Virus record (IMG/VR): IMGVR_UViG_3300046373_000181
Location: 1-61,822 of that record
Direction: 5' to 3' (one strand)
DNA: 61,822 nt
Source of the DNA: a virus
Lineage: Duplodnaviria; Caudoviricetes
Positions 27,662 to 37,662 of this stretch are shown here, one piece after another. The notes under the pieces are model-generated. The model did no database searches, had not been told where the DNA came from, and saw nothing but the letters and a program-made list of their open reading frames with translations. Every line of letters begins with the position of its first letter. Within the stretch, counting starts at the first letter, position 1. A program made the position numbers and the translations under genes.

Positions 27662-28296
27662 ATCTCGGTGAGGTTAGTTTTTTGATGCACCGTCATGCGC
27701 TCCAGCTCGCCCGAAACGATCACGTAATAAACCGTGCCGGTAGTGCCCCCGTAGGTATGGCTGTAGGTCTGATTCGTGCCTTTGGCGTCGGTTTTGGTGC
27801 CGTCACCCCAGTAGATGACCAAGGGGGCCGGTGAGGTCAAGCGGATACTGGCTACCTGACCGGTTACACCCGACAGTATCCACTTGACAGGTTGCGGCTC
27901 GATGAGGGTAAGGCTGAACTCAGCCGGTATAGTCGCGTCCCGCCATTTCTTTTTAACCGAGAATCCTTTTGGCGAGTACACCTCGTAGACGAGGGGTTTG
28001 TTCTCCACCGGGTTGATCCGGAGCCTTTGGGTACCGGTCTTGACTAGTTGCGCAATGAGCCCATTTGTTTTGGTGATCAAATCGTCGGGACTGCTGGCAA
28101 TGAGCTTACAATCAAGCTCGATTTCTCGCTCTTTGTAGCGGGGGCGCAGCAGGTCGACCACCTGCCCGTGGGCATCGGGCCAGTTGACTGAGAAGGGTTC
28201 CTTAAGTTCCAATCCATCGATAACGCCCGATGAGTCGGACACGATGATGCCCAGACTTAAAAAGCTAATACCGTTGATGGAATAATTAAGGTTCAT
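27643..28296 (-). CDS. Distal tail protein-like
   Basis: KEPFSVNWPDAHG..VDL..PRYKEREIEL; position; PKD-like C-terminus. Confidence 0.75.
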   Translation of the reverse strand: MNLNYSINGISFLSLGIIVSDSSGVIDGLELKEPFSVNWPDAHGQVVDLLRPRYKEREIELDCKLIASSPDDLITKTNGLIAQLVKTGTQRLRINPVENKPLVYEVYSPKGFSVKKKWRDATIPAEFSLTLIEPQPVKWILSGVTGQVASIRLTSPAPLVIYWGDGTKTDAKGTNQTYSHTYGGTTGTVYYVIVSGELERMTVHQKTNLTEIWPLLY

Positions 28297-28381
28297 TAAC
28301 GCGCTGCTGGTGAGTTAATTTCCTTAAATATAAGCACGTAAAACGGTAAAAAATTAATCAAAAACAAGGGAAAAATTAGCC

Positions 28382-28437
28382 AAAAAGCAGCGCAAAAAGC
28401 CTTAAAAAAAGCAGTAAATAAAGCAAGCAATAAAGCA
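28382..28437. repeat. AAAGC array with 12-bp period (5 copies)
   Basis: G of AAAGC at 28387, 28399, 28411, 28423, 28435. Confidence 0.85.
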
Positions 28438-28617
28438 ATTGATAGATTTGTAGCGTGTTGATACTGAATTTATTAGGGCTATTATTTATGAAAACTATTA
28501 TGCTAAATAATGTAATAGTATGGCAATTGTTTGCGCGTTTGATATTTTCTTTTTTGAGTAAATAAAATTCAATAATTATTTGTAGTTTTATAGAGAATTA
28601 AACGCCAATTACTACGT

Positions 28618-28833
28618 ATGTCACTACGAACGAAAACGCAAAAGGAGAGGGAGGTAAAACACAAAAAGATTCGCAAGGTTTACCAGGAACTTTCGGCCGA
28701 TCCCAGTAACGCGAAAACGGCAATTGAGCAGAAGATCATGGATAAGTTTGGCATCAAAGCCCGCTCCACTGTTTGGAACATTGTCAGTCAACCCAGTGAG
28801 TCGCTGAGTGGTAATTTGAATCCACGTCTATAA
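28618..28833 (+). CDS. Small HTH protein (candidate late regulator)
   Basis: EQKIMDKFGIKARSTVWNIV; divergent from the tail operon. Confidence 0.7.
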   Translation: MSLRTKTQKEREVKHKKIRKVYQELSADPSNAKTAIEQKIMDKFGIKARSTVWNIVSQPSESLSGNLNPRL

Positions 28834-28864
28834 AAAAAGCCAGCCCCAAAATGGAACTGGCTTT
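28832..28864. terminator. Bidirectional terminator
   Basis: aaaaaaagccag...ctggcttt between convergent genes. Confidence 0.7.
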
Positions 28865-28887
28865 AAAACAATCATACTAATGATCTT

Positions 28888-29556
28888 TTAGGTGATTGGT
28901 TGACTAAAAACCTCTTTTAGTACCTGGCTTGGATACATATTCACTTGACCAAATCTGGGGTCGGGCGTTGTCTCCATCATATACCCTCGCTCCTTACAAA
29001 TCCTACTGGCTTTTTGGCCGACCGACGAAGCCGTTTTAAGTCCGATGTTAATTCGATTCAAATTAGCATAGCCCGCAACCGTGAAGTAATCCGGTATAGT
29101 CGTCGTTTTAGCTTCAAGCATTCGGATGGATTCGCCCTGTTCAGCCTGCAATGCTTTTACCTCTGCCAGATCCCGTTCTTGCTTGGCAAGCAATTGAACC
29201 GATTGCATTAACACTTCAATTTGGGTTAGTGCTGGCGATGCTTTTAGTTGCTTCTCACACTCAATGAAATACCGCCTTGCTTGTTGACCTTTATCGGTCC
29301 GCTGTAACATAGCCAACTCCTTTGCTGTATCAAGCGTTAGTGCGTAATCATCCAGAACAACCCGCTTTGCGCCATTACCCAATTGGACAATTTTGTCAAT
29401 TTGTTGATAATCAACACCTTGGCTAAATCCATACTCAACCATTCGTGGCATCCATTTTTCTAGTGGCGTCTTCACTTCTAAAAATGCATGAAGTTCACGA
29501 GCTGATACAACCTGAGAGCCTTGCTCGTTAGTTGTTATTTGAATCAGTGCGTTCAT
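28888..29556 (-). CDS. AntA/AntB-type antirepressor
   Basis: VSARELHAFLEV...AKELAMLQRTDKGQQARRYFIECEK. Confidence 0.9.
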   Translation of the reverse strand: MNALIQITTNEQGSQVVSARELHAFLEVKTPLEKWMPRMVEYGFSQGVDYQQIDKIVQLGNGAKRVVLDDYALTLDTAKELAMLQRTDKGQQARRYFIECEKQLKASPALTQIEVLMQSVQLLAKQERDLAEVKALQAEQGESIRMLEAKTTTIPDYFTVAGYANLNRINIGLKTASSVGQKASRICKERGYMMETTPDPRFGQVNMYPSQVLKEVFSQPIT

Positions 29557-29558
29557 GG

Positions 29559-30305
29559 TTATTGCGCGTCCAACATATCCTCAATCTTATCAATGTACCC
29601 ATGCCGAATGGCAACATCTAGCAAGTTTTCACTCTGTTCACGCTGAAGAATAGCAACATCAATACCATAAGACTTCCGGAAAGAGTCCCAAAAGTCCGGC
29701 CATTTTAATGATCCGTGAGAACAGCGTATTTTCATGTTCACCATCGAAAAGATTCGCGTCCGGCGTATCAATACGTCCTGGTCATGCTTTTTGGTCTCCG
29801 CCTTTACTTTTGCCTCAAAATAAATAGTCTGTGCTTTATCCATCCGACTGACAATAGACTCAAGACCAATGACCCGCTTGGTTAAGCTGTTATTTAATTT
29901 AACCAGTGCCTCCATTTTATCATTAAAGGATTGTTCAACCATGTCCGCAACCCGATGAAATACCTCCCGGTAAATCTCAAAGACAGCCCGAACCTTACGG
30001 GCTATGAAAAATTCCATGCATGGTACGGAAAGCTCGTAAACCTGAGTAACCGTACCACCAACTCCTCGTTTGACTTTTTGGTCAAATGAGCGAAAGTCGT
30101 AACCCTCAATGAATTGTTTCTTGAGGACTTTTACTGCTATACCCTTTTCAGCATAGCACAAGGGCCAAACCTCATCGAGCTTTACAGGGTACGGGTTGCC
30201 AGATTTGGCAAGAACTCGTACTTTCTCAAAATAAGCCCGAATGGACTGGGGAGTTTCGGCAGATATTGCCGTAATGATTTGATTGGGTAACATTGGTTTT
30301 CGCAA
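29559..30305 (-). CDS. Antirepressor-like DNA-binding protein
   Basis: YPVKLDEVWPL...FIEGYDF...YELSVPCMEFFIARKVRAVFEIYREVFH. Confidence 0.8.
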   Translation of the reverse strand: MRKPMLPNQIITAISAETPQSIRAYFEKVRVLAKSGNPYPVKLDEVWPLCYAEKGIAVKVLKKQFIEGYDFRSFDQKVKRGVGGTVTQVYELSVPCMEFFIARKVRAVFEIYREVFHRVADMVEQSFNDKMEALVKLNNSLTKRVIGLESIVSRMDKAQTIYFEAKVKAETKKHDQDVLIRRTRIFSMVNMKIRCSHGSLKWPDFWDSFRKSYGIDVAILQREQSENLLDVAIRHGYIDKIEDMLDAQ

Positions 30306-30404
30306 TTATTGTCCTACAATGGCATCGGACGTGAAAATAGAAAGGCGCGGCTTTGCCACTCTAACCCGCTTGCGAAGTACCAATGAAGGACTTGATAAGG
30401 CCAT
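30306..30404 (-). CDS. Leader uORF (32 aa) abutting the antirepressor
   Basis: MALSSPSLVLRKRVRVAKPRLSIFTSDAIVGQ; TAA immediately followed by TTG. Confidence 0.5.
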   Translation of the reverse strand: MALSSPSLVLRKRVRVAKPRLSIFTSDAIVGQ

Positions 30405-30532
30405 TATAGCCAACTATCACGGGGTGTAGCAAAGCCGCGCCTTTTATATAGACACAACTGCTAGTTCAAACCAATAAAAAAACCCAACAAACAATTTTGT
30501 GGGCATCGCTGCCCTCCATTAATACTTCGCAC
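30341..30532 (-). ncRNA. Structured antirepressor leader (C4/IsrK-like riboregulator)
   Basis: 16-bp perfect IR 30341-56/30429-44; 21-bp pairing 30371-91/30511-31 with G-U pairs; TACCTTTG promoter on minus at about 30535-30542. Confidence 0.7.
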
Positions 30533-30572
30533 TTCAAAGGTAGCAAAATGAGTTGAATAGGCAATACCCTAC

Positions 30573-31430
30573 TTAAAAATCTTCGTAATTGGTATGCATG
30601 ATTGCTTGAACCATAGGTTTTGTTAGCACCTTTTGCGTTCCATCGAAGTATAGCATACGTATCGACTCAATGGATAGGGAGGAGGCTGTTCTTGAATAGT
30701 ATCCATCCTCAAACTCAAATGAAACTGTTGCGCCCTTTTCAACAGGGCCGACGCCCGTAAATACCTTTCGGCCTACTATGTCCTTTACAGGATTTTTAGC
30801 CACAGTTGAAAAGTAAATGTATTTAATATCCTTTGGGCCAAAATTGGCCAATGAGATAGAAAATCCTATTGAATAGTCTCCACCTGCTACTTTATAGTCT
30901 TTAATAAGTAAGTGGTGCTTCAATATTGCGCCCATATAGTTATCAATGTTGACTCCCACAACACTGCCATTTCTATAATCGAATGAACAGTTGTGGCTCA
31001 TAAATACCCTTGTTGAGTCGAATCCTAACTTTTCGGCGGTATAGGAATCACTACCAAACGTGTCAGAGATGAATTCATCTGTAAGTTTATTTGCTTTGCG
31101 TAGATCATCTAGATCGTTCCAGTAATCATACGAGTTCAAATACTCAGACTTTTTTTGTGAATAAATTGCCAGTATCTGTTTAATATACTCAGGGTGTTTT
31201 TTATCCCATAGCATCACAAACACAGGCTTTTTATAAAGCTCAGTCATGTACACATCTCCAAGTTTATGACTATAGGTTGTGTAATGTTCAACACCTAACG
31301 AATCCAATACTTTTTTTATAGTCGTTAATGTGGGCGGTAGCTTTTGTCCGTTAGGCAAATAGAACGCTAGGCCCTGTGAAAAGGATTTCCCGGACAAACT
31401 CAGGAGAATAAAGAGTAGAATGTGCTTCAT
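30573..31430 (-). CDS. Exported moron protein with signal peptide
   Basis: MKHILLFILLSLSGKSFS-Q; AT-rich; Ig-like C-terminus (KDIKYIYF..KNPVKD). Confidence 0.75.
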   Translation of the reverse strand: MKHILLFILLSLSGKSFSQGLAFYLPNGQKLPPTLTTIKKVLDSLGVEHYTTYSHKLGDVYMTELYKKPVFVMLWDKKHPEYIKQILAIYSQKKSEYLNSYDYWNDLDDLRKANKLTDEFISDTFGSDSYTAEKLGFDSTRVFMSHNCSFDYRNGSVVGVNIDNYMGAILKHHLLIKDYKVAGGDYSIGFSISLANFGPKDIKYIYFSTVAKNPVKDIVGRKVFTGVGPVEKGATVSFEFEDGYYSRTASSLSIESIRMLYFDGTQKVLTKPMVQAIMHTNYEDF

Positions 31431-31484
31431 AAGTGGATACATTTTGTCGAAATCACCTAAGCTTAATTTTGCACATATCTACTT

Positions 31485-34400
31485 TCAACCTGGCTGTCCT
31501 AGTCCGCGAGTTGAACTATCGGCAATAGTCTTTAACCGACGGTCGACAGAATCAAGTAACTCATTGGTGCGTTGTATCCGGGCTGTGTTGGCCTCAATAC
31601 CCGACAAGCTAAGCAGTTGTTGACGTACCAACACATTTGTGTCTGTGCCGGTAATGCGCATGGCATTAAGCTGCCCGGCAATAATATTTGCGGTTTGCTC
31701 GGTCACTGTGGCCTGAATAGCCTGACCTATTGAGTTCGGATTCTTGGTGCCACTTGCGCTCGTAGGCTTTAAAACATCGAATCCCATTGAGTTTGCATAA
31801 TCTTTCCATTGCTGCAAGTAAGCTAGGTATTGATCCTGTCCCTTTTTAGATGTTTCCTGAAAGCGTTTTAGATCATCAACTATATCTCCATCACCGCCAT
31901 TGTCAGTGTCAAGTGACTTGGTCATCTCTTCACCAAGTTTTTTGAAATAGGGTGCAAAAATTTGAGTATAAAGAAGCTTGGTAACAAAGTCCTCCACCAC
32001 TTTTGAAAGTACATCGGAAAAGGCCTTAGCCGCGTCGGTCCCATCCTTAAAGGCATTCACCATCGCATCGCGAAGCCCATCACCAAGACTGCCAACCAGA
32101 TTTTTAATTATGTCCTGAATGGCCTGCTTGGTTGCATCAACCTGCTTTTGCCACTCAATCGTCGTTTGTACTAAGGCTTTTGTTTTATCATCTAATTGCC
32201 CCGTATCAATCAAACTTTGAGCTAAGGCAAGGTTAATACTCTTAGTCCCATCGGCGGATTGTTGAATCAAATCGGGGTAACGCTCAAGCAACGCCCCAAA
32301 CTCATCCGCTTTTTTGGTAGCGCCCCCAAACAGTGACGTTAAAGCCCCAACGGCTGCCCCAACGGCAGCACCGATTGCCGCGCCGGCGGGGCCTGCTATT
32401 GCGCCGATTGCTGCGCCGGTTCCAGCCCCAGCCCCAATTAACTTTAACGCGCTGGTATTGTCGAGTGCGTTTTTAAGCCCCTCTTTTGCCCTTCCCTGAT
32501 TAAGCTTTGCTAATGACTCATCTAGTTTAGCTTGCGCTTTTCGTTGGGCTTCAAAGTTATCTTGTAGTTGGGCAGTGTAGTCCTCAATAAACGGATTCGT
32601 ATTTTTTGAACGAATGCCAAGTTGTTGATTGAGAAGTAGATTGTATTGCTGTTGCTGTGCAATAACTGATGCATAATACTCACTTTCGGCTTGTTTGCGT
32701 TTGGCCGCAGCTTCAGTGATGGCCGTAAATATGGTTATTAAACCCGATACAGCATTGGCGTATAGTTGTGATTTATCAACTCCTTTGGCAAAGGATGAGG
32801 TTATTAAATCCACCGAGGAGCCTAGAGCAACAAGTGCCCGCCCCGATTCTGCAGCATCACCACCTAAGTTAATTAATGCCTGACCAAATTGCCCTAAAAG
32901 CTGCCCATACTGGTTTATGATACCGATTGAACCATCGACAAGCTGTTTGTTAAGGCCATTTAAAGCTTTTTTTGCGATTTTATACGCTTCACTGTCTTCG
33001 CCATAATCTGCTTTGGCCTTATCAACTAAAGCCTGTTGATTGGCAATCTGGATTTTTAATGCTTTGCGACCCTCTTCAAGAATGACCCTAGTTGATTTTT
33101 TGTAAGCATCACTCTTTTCAAGCTGCCGCTGCTGGAAGTCTTCAATGGCCTTTTCTTCGTCGCTGTTCAGGATTGCCAATGCGGCCTTATATTCCGAATT
33201 GCGGTTGTTGATAAACTTGGTATCTAGTGCAACGCGCAACTCGGTATACTTAGTCCGAATGGCCAGCTGTTGTTGTTCGGATCCCGCGAAGTCAGTTAAG
33301 TATTGCTGAAGCTGTAGTTTTAGTTGCTGTTGCGTTTGTATTTGCTCTTCAGCTAGCTTTTGCCGTTTAGCTATGTCCGTAGGTGCGTTGGTGGGGGCTC
33401 CTAGTGCATCCTGCTTTTCTTTAAGGATAGCCAAGTATTTAGACAGACTACCCGCTTCCGCTTGAGCCCGCTGAAGGTCTTCGTTAAACTCCTGAATAGC
33501 GGTTTTCTTTCCGGTGGCTTCGTCGCGTTGGGTCAAAAGGCTACCTAGATTTTTGCTGTCCTTTTCGTTTAAGGCCCCTTTGCTTTTTTGGGTCTCAAGC
33601 CGGGCTATTTCCGTGTTGAGGTAATCAACGTAGGTCTTACCATTGCTTAGCAGTGCATCGAATTGTTTACTTGCTGAGGTTTGGCCGTAGGTATCAACCC
33701 ACTTTTGATACAGCTCATATTTAGACCGCTTATCAGCAAGTTCTTCATCAAACGATTTGATGGTGTATTGCTTTCTAAGCTCCTCAACCTTCTGGTCGGC
33801 ATCGAACTTGATTTTACTCTGCTGAGTAATCTTTGTTGTGTCCTTCGGGCTAAGCTTTTCAAGGATTTCACCCGCTTTCTTGCTGACCTGTTCGTAGTAG
33901 TCAATACTACCGAATGGCCCCGACTTGGCGGCTTCCTTAGCGGCCTTTTTCTCGGCCGCCGATAAATCCCCGGTTAACTTACGCTTCTGGGCTTCAAGCC
34001 GATCAATCTCTTTATTGATACTGGCGTTTTTGGCGTCGGTATTACCAGTGCTTAACGATTCCTTTTTTAGCTTGATTTCATCCTCAAGCTGCTCGATGGT
34101 TTTACCCTTAACGGCCTGCCCTTTGGTTTCATCTACGGTCAGCGCAGCGAGTTGGTCTTTAAATTTCTTAACGTTGTCTTCGGCCTCCTTGTAAGCGGGA
34201 GAGAGTTTATCGGCAATAGAGCCAGCCAGTCGCTGGTAGTGATCTATCTCAGCCGTTAGCTGCTCTTTGCTGGCTTTGCCTGAATATATATTACCGATGC
34301 TCGTCTCAATGTCTGAAACTACCTTGTCACGATCCGCTTTGGCTTTTCGTGCGGCAACTAAGGCCTGCTGCGCCAGTTGGGCGGGCGAGTCCCCATAGAC

Positions 34401-35933
34401 GCCGAGGCCCAGGTTTGTTTTAGCGGTTTTATTGCGATTGGCAATGACATCTTCCTCGGCTTTTTTGAGTTTTTCAGCAGCTTCGGCCTGTTGATCGTAG
34501 GCTTCTTTTGCTTTGCCCGTTGCGGACTCCAATTCAATCCGTTTGCGAAGCGCAACCAGGTATTGATTCAGCTCCTTGGTTAAGTCGGCAGTCTTGGCCC
34601 GCTGGAAGTCGAGCCCTGCCGTAATATCGGGCGCAATGGCTTTTAGTTTGTCATAGGCTTTAAGCCGCTCCGATTCGGCAACATTCTGGTTTTGAATAAC
34701 GCCGATGAGCGTCTTGATCTCACCCTGTTGCTTGTTGAAGCTAGTTGCAACCTGCCTGCCTGATTCGGCCATCAGCTCCTGCGCTGTTTTTATCTTGGCT
34801 ACCTCATCCCGGAAGACAAAGTAGGCAGTTGCCAGGGCTGCCAGGGCCGTTCCAATCAGTAAGATAGGGTTGAGGTTCATCACCCCATTTAGAGCTGCCT
34901 GGGCGCGGGTTAACAGGGCTGTTGAGGCTGCGGCTCTGGTTTGGGAAAGAGTTAGAAAGCCGGTCGCGTTGGCCGCCTGTGCCTGAGCAATAGCTTGCGC
35001 TTCGGTGATGGGGATTTGCGCCAATTGTGCTACGCTCGCCACCAGCAAAGCTGCCCGGTAGCCACCATAGCTACCAATCAGCACTTCGAGTATATCAATG
35101 ACATCCTGGTAGTGTTGCAGGACGTTGGTTGCGGTATTCAGTAGGTCAGCGGCAATGCCTTCATTTTGCTTGCCGATATCGTTGAGCATGGCCGCATAGG
35201 CGTCGCCTAGGCGTTCTTTAAGGCCCAGTAGGCTTTTGCTTTGGGCATCCAGCGTGCCGGCGAAAATACCGGAACCTGAAGTCATGCCCTCTATGGCTTT
35301 TTTTACTTCGGAAAAACCAACTTTCCCGTCTTCGACCAGGCCTCGTACTTTGTCCTCTGCCACGCCAAACTGTTTGGCCAGCTCAGCAATGAGCGGTATG
35401 CCCGAACCCACGAACTGGTTTAAATCCTGCGCAAAGAGCCTGCCCTGCGTTTTGGTGGTTCCATACAGATACGTTAACCGTTCGAATGGTAAACCAAGTC
35501 CGGCCGAAATATCGCCCAGCCGTTTTAGGGATGGGATAATCTCATTGACTGAGAAGCCATAAGCAAGCAATTGTTTTTGAGCTGTACCAACATCACGAAG
35601 ATTAAACGGGGTGGTAGCCGCAAAGGCTGCACCTTCTTTTAAAAACGCGTCCGCCTTGCTCTTAGAGCGAAGCATGGTGGTGAAGGCAATCTCTAATTGC
35701 TGAAACTCACCACGAACGCGTAGTAGCTCCTGGGGTAGTTCGGCCAGCTTACTGAACGCAAAAGCGCCTACGGCCAGTCTGCCCAGATTTTGAAACGAGC
35801 TTTCAAAGCGACCCGCTTGCTGAACGGCTGTATTGGTAAAGCCCAACACCCGACGCTCCATCGCATCCAATCTTGACTGGTAGTTGCTATCGTTTATGGT
35901 TGCTTCAAAACTCAGGGGTCCGTTGCCTCTCAT
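31485..35933 (-). CDS. Tail tape measure protein
   Basis: 1482 aa; AATTPFNLRDV, LKRLGDISAGLG, QFVGSGIPLIAEL; helical. Confidence 0.95.
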   Translation of the reverse strand: MRGNGPLSFEATINDSNYQSRLDAMERRVLGFTNTAVQQAGRFESSFQNLGRLAVGAFAFSKLAELPQELLRVRGEFQQLEIAFTTMLRSKSKADAFLKEGAAFAATTPFNLRDVGTAQKQLLAYGFSVNEIIPSLKRLGDISAGLGLPFERLTYLYGTTKTQGRLFAQDLNQFVGSGIPLIAELAKQFGVAEDKVRGLVEDGKVGFSEVKKAIEGMTSGSGIFAGTLDAQSKSLLGLKERLGDAYAAMLNDIGKQNEGIAADLLNTATNVLQHYQDVIDILEVLIGSYGGYRAALLVASVAQLAQIPITEAQAIAQAQAANATGFLTLSQTRAAASTALLTRAQAALNGVMNLNPILLIGTALAALATAYFVFRDEVAKIKTAQELMAESGRQVATSFNKQQGEIKTLIGVIQNQNVAESERLKAYDKLKAIAPDITAGLDFQRAKTADLTKELNQYLVALRKRIELESATGKAKEAYDQQAEAAEKLKKAEEDVIANRNKTAKTNLGLGVYGDSPAQLAQQALVAARKAKADRDKVVSDIETSIGNIYSGKASKEQLTAEIDHYQRLAGSIADKLSPAYKEAEDNVKKFKDQLAALTVDETKGQAVKGKTIEQLEDEIKLKKESLSTGNTDAKNASINKEIDRLEAQKRKLTGDLSAAEKKAAKEAAKSGPFGSIDYYEQVSKKAGEILEKLSPKDTTKITQQSKIKFDADQKVEELRKQYTIKSFDEELADKRSKYELYQKWVDTYGQTSASKQFDALLSNGKTYVDYLNTEIARLETQKSKGALNEKDSKNLGSLLTQRDEATGKKTAIQEFNEDLQRAQAEAGSLSKYLAILKEKQDALGAPTNAPTDIAKRQKLAEEQIQTQQQLKLQLQQYLTDFAGSEQQQLAIRTKYTELRVALDTKFINNRNSEYKAALAILNSDEEKAIEDFQQRQLEKSDAYKKSTRVILEEGRKALKIQIANQQALVDKAKADYGEDSEAYKIAKKALNGLNKQLVDGSIGIINQYGQLLGQFGQALINLGGDAAESGRALVALGSSVDLITSSFAKGVDKSQLYANAVSGLITIFTAITEAAAKRKQAESEYYASVIAQQQQYNLLLNQQLGIRSKNTNPFIEDYTAQLQDNFEAQRKAQAKLDESLAKLNQGRAKEGLKNALDNTSALKLIGAGAGTGAAIGAIAGPAGAAIGAAVGAAVGALTSLFGGATKKADEFGALLERYPDLIQQSADGTKSINLALAQSLIDTGQLDDKTKALVQTTIEWQKQVDATKQAIQDIIKNLVGSLGDGLRDAMVNAFKDGTDAAKAFSDVLSKVVEDFVTKLLYTQIFAPYFKKLGEEMTKSLDTDNGGDGDIVDDLKRFQETSKKGQDQYLAYLQQWKDYANSMGFDVLKPTSASGTKNPNSIGQAIQATVTEQTANIIAGQLNAMRITGTDTNVLVRQQLLSLSGIEANTARIQRTNELLDSVDRRLKTIADSSTRGLGQPG

Positions 35934-36229
35934 GCGTTGTACTCGTTTAGCTCAGCCATTATTTTGCCCGCATTTTCGGCGGTTAATCGGGTAGTCTCTT
36001 TCTTCTTATCCTCGGCCGCCTTATAACTTGGCGCGTCGGCCAGTATTCGTTGTAGTATGGGCCATCGTATGCCGGTATGTAGATACTGCCAACTCCAACC
36101 GTAATGGGCGCATATAGCCCCCCTTGCGCCGTATGGACTATTTAGTCCTCCTCCGGAAGATTCTCCACCCGCGCCGGAGTCGTCGTTGCCCGGTTTGCGG
36201 ACATCAATCGAGTAGAGTTTATAAAATCC
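35930..36229 (-). CDS. Tail assembly chaperone gpT segment (-1 frameshift)
   Basis: G GAT TTT at 36229-36223; the -1 frame is open to a TGA overlapping the TMP ATG; GLNSPYGARGAICAHYGWSW. Confidence 0.8.
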   Translation of the reverse strand, partial: GFYKLYSIDVRKPGNDDSGAGGESSGGGLNSPYGARGAICAHYGWSWQYLHTGIRWPILQRILADAPSYKAAEDKKKETTRLTAENAGKIMAELNEYNA

Positions 36230-36645
36230 ACAAGGTTGCTGGTTTCATTGATGAGTAGCGTCAGACTAAGCAGTTTCTGGGGCGTGATCCGGCACGAAAA
36301 GTAATAAGCGACCAGCCAGCCAAAGAGCCTTATCTTCCATTCGGAGTTGAGGTACGAAATGGCAATAATTCGGGAGTATCGTATCGCGTGTTGAAGTGCC
36401 ATTTGTTTACCCTCAGCAACAAAGTCTTCACGCAGCTTATCCAGCGATACATCGATCTTGATCCACTCTTTGGATAGGCGGTCAAGGGTACGCAGGTAGG
36501 GCTGCCTAAGCAAAAAGGTGCGTTCAGGCTTGCCCAGGTAGCGGAGCAGCGACCGCTTGGGTATGGTAAAGGTGACACCCTGCTCAATGAGGGTATCGAG
36601 TTCGCTTTCCTCTAACTGAGTTGACGCAGGGTTATCTGGTTGCAT
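36142..36645 (-). CDS. Tail assembly chaperone gpG
   Basis: Lies between the major tail and TMP genes. Confidence 0.8.
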   Translation of the reverse strand: MQPDNPASTQLEESELDTLIEQGVTFTIPKRSLLRYLGKPERTFLLRQPYLRTLDRLSKEWIKIDVSLDKLREDFVAEGKQMALQHAIRYSRIIAISYLNSEWKIRLFGWLVAYYFSCRITPQKLLSLTLLINETSNLVDFINSTRLMSANRATTTPARVENLPEED

Positions 36646-36662
36646 GGTAATGGGTTTTTTAC

Positions 36663-36719
36663 AAAAAAATGGGCAGGTGTTTAACCAGACGGTCGCGCCC
36701 AGCTAGTCACCTGCCCATT
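36663..36719 (-). terminator. Terminator after the major tail gene
   Basis: aatgggcaggtg/cacctgcccatt stem with U-tract. Confidence 0.8.
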
Positions 36720-36727
36720 GGTAATTG

Positions 36728-37231
36728 TTACGCTGGGTTTGTCACGGTCAACGCCTTAACGCCCGTTTTGGTAGGCGTCAAAATATCAACCGTAATCACG
36801 ACACCAAACGAATCGGTTTTGCCGAATTTGCCTCCCATCTTCGCCGTTACCAGACCGCGGGGGATCAGAAACTGAAGACCGACACGCGGAACAATCTTCA
36901 CGGTCGATTCCAGTGAGATATAGCCATCAGGCAAGCTCCACGACTTAGGTGGCCCAGCCGCTACCGTACCGCCAAAGAACTTGGCTAGTTGATCCACGTC
37001 AGGCTGTGCCAGGGTGAAGGTGAAGGTAATCTTGCCGTTTTTAATGGCTACGTAGTAGGGTAGATCGCTCTCCTCTTCGTAAAGCTCGGTTTTGGTCGGG
37101 TCTTCCTGGGTCATCTCAACCGAATCCTGTTTAGTGGATTCGACGTTAACGAACACAGTTCCCGGTCCACCATCGCTTGCAATTGGCGCAAAGCTGATGT
37201 TGGTAATGCCTAATGTGGTCACTTTTGCCAT
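36728..37231 (-). CDS. Major tail tube protein
   Basis: Synteny; beta-rich, 167 aa. Confidence 0.82.
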   Translation of the reverse strand: MAKVTTLGITNISFAPIASDGGPGTVFVNVESTKQDSVEMTQEDPTKTELYEEESDLPYYVAIKNGKITFTFTLAQPDVDQLAKFFGGTVAAGPPKSWSLPDGYISLESTVKIVPRVGLQFLIPRGLVTAKMGGKFGKTDSFGVVITVDILTPTKTGVKALTVTNPA

Positions 37232-37246
37232 GTCACAATGAGTTGT

Positions 37247-37660
37247 TTATGATGGAAAAAATTGAAAATCAATCCTAAGATTGATGTAGTGTTGCTTGGT
37301 TTCGGGTTCAGCCAGTTCATGCTGGTCACCCAGGTCAAATGCGTACTCCTGAGAGGCACTCTCCAAAAAAATCGGCAAGGCCAGTTCGGCCAGATGAGCC
37401 AATCGAATTGAGTCAGGCATTAACTGCTGTTTCCCTTCCAGATTGACCGTTATGTCAGGCACGTACAGGTTTACGTTGGCGATACCCCGTTGAAACTGTT
37501 CGCTTGTCAGCACGATCACGTTAATGACAATATCCTCCTTTGTTGACCCCGCCGGGCGAACGCCATTCTTGTAGATTTTGCCCGTTATGGTTTCTTTGAG
37601 TAAAGAGCCGTCAAGCTTATCGTATAAGATTTGGCGAAGTCGGTATTCGGATTTTACCAT
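37247..37660 (-). CDS. Tail terminator protein
   Basis: RPAGSTKEDIVIN..NVNLYVPD; synteny. Confidence 0.75.
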   Translation of the reverse strand: MVKSEYRLRQILYDKLDGSLLKETITGKIYKNGVRPAGSTKEDIVINVIVLTSEQFQRGIANVNLYVPDITVNLEGKQQLMPDSIRLAHLAELALPIFLESASQEYAFDLGDQHELAEPETKQHYINLRIDFQFFPS

Positions 37661-37662
37661 CG

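Noticed and set aside
13700-27900. Many plus-strand ORFs antisense to tail genes
   Set aside because: Shadow ORFs expected from the codon bias of long genes; no motifs, unlike the nested MTase ORFs
28481-28508. dif-like site (TTATGCTAAAT resembles a XerD arm)
   Set aside because: The XerC arm (ATTATTTATGA) is a poor match, and the region is AT-rich
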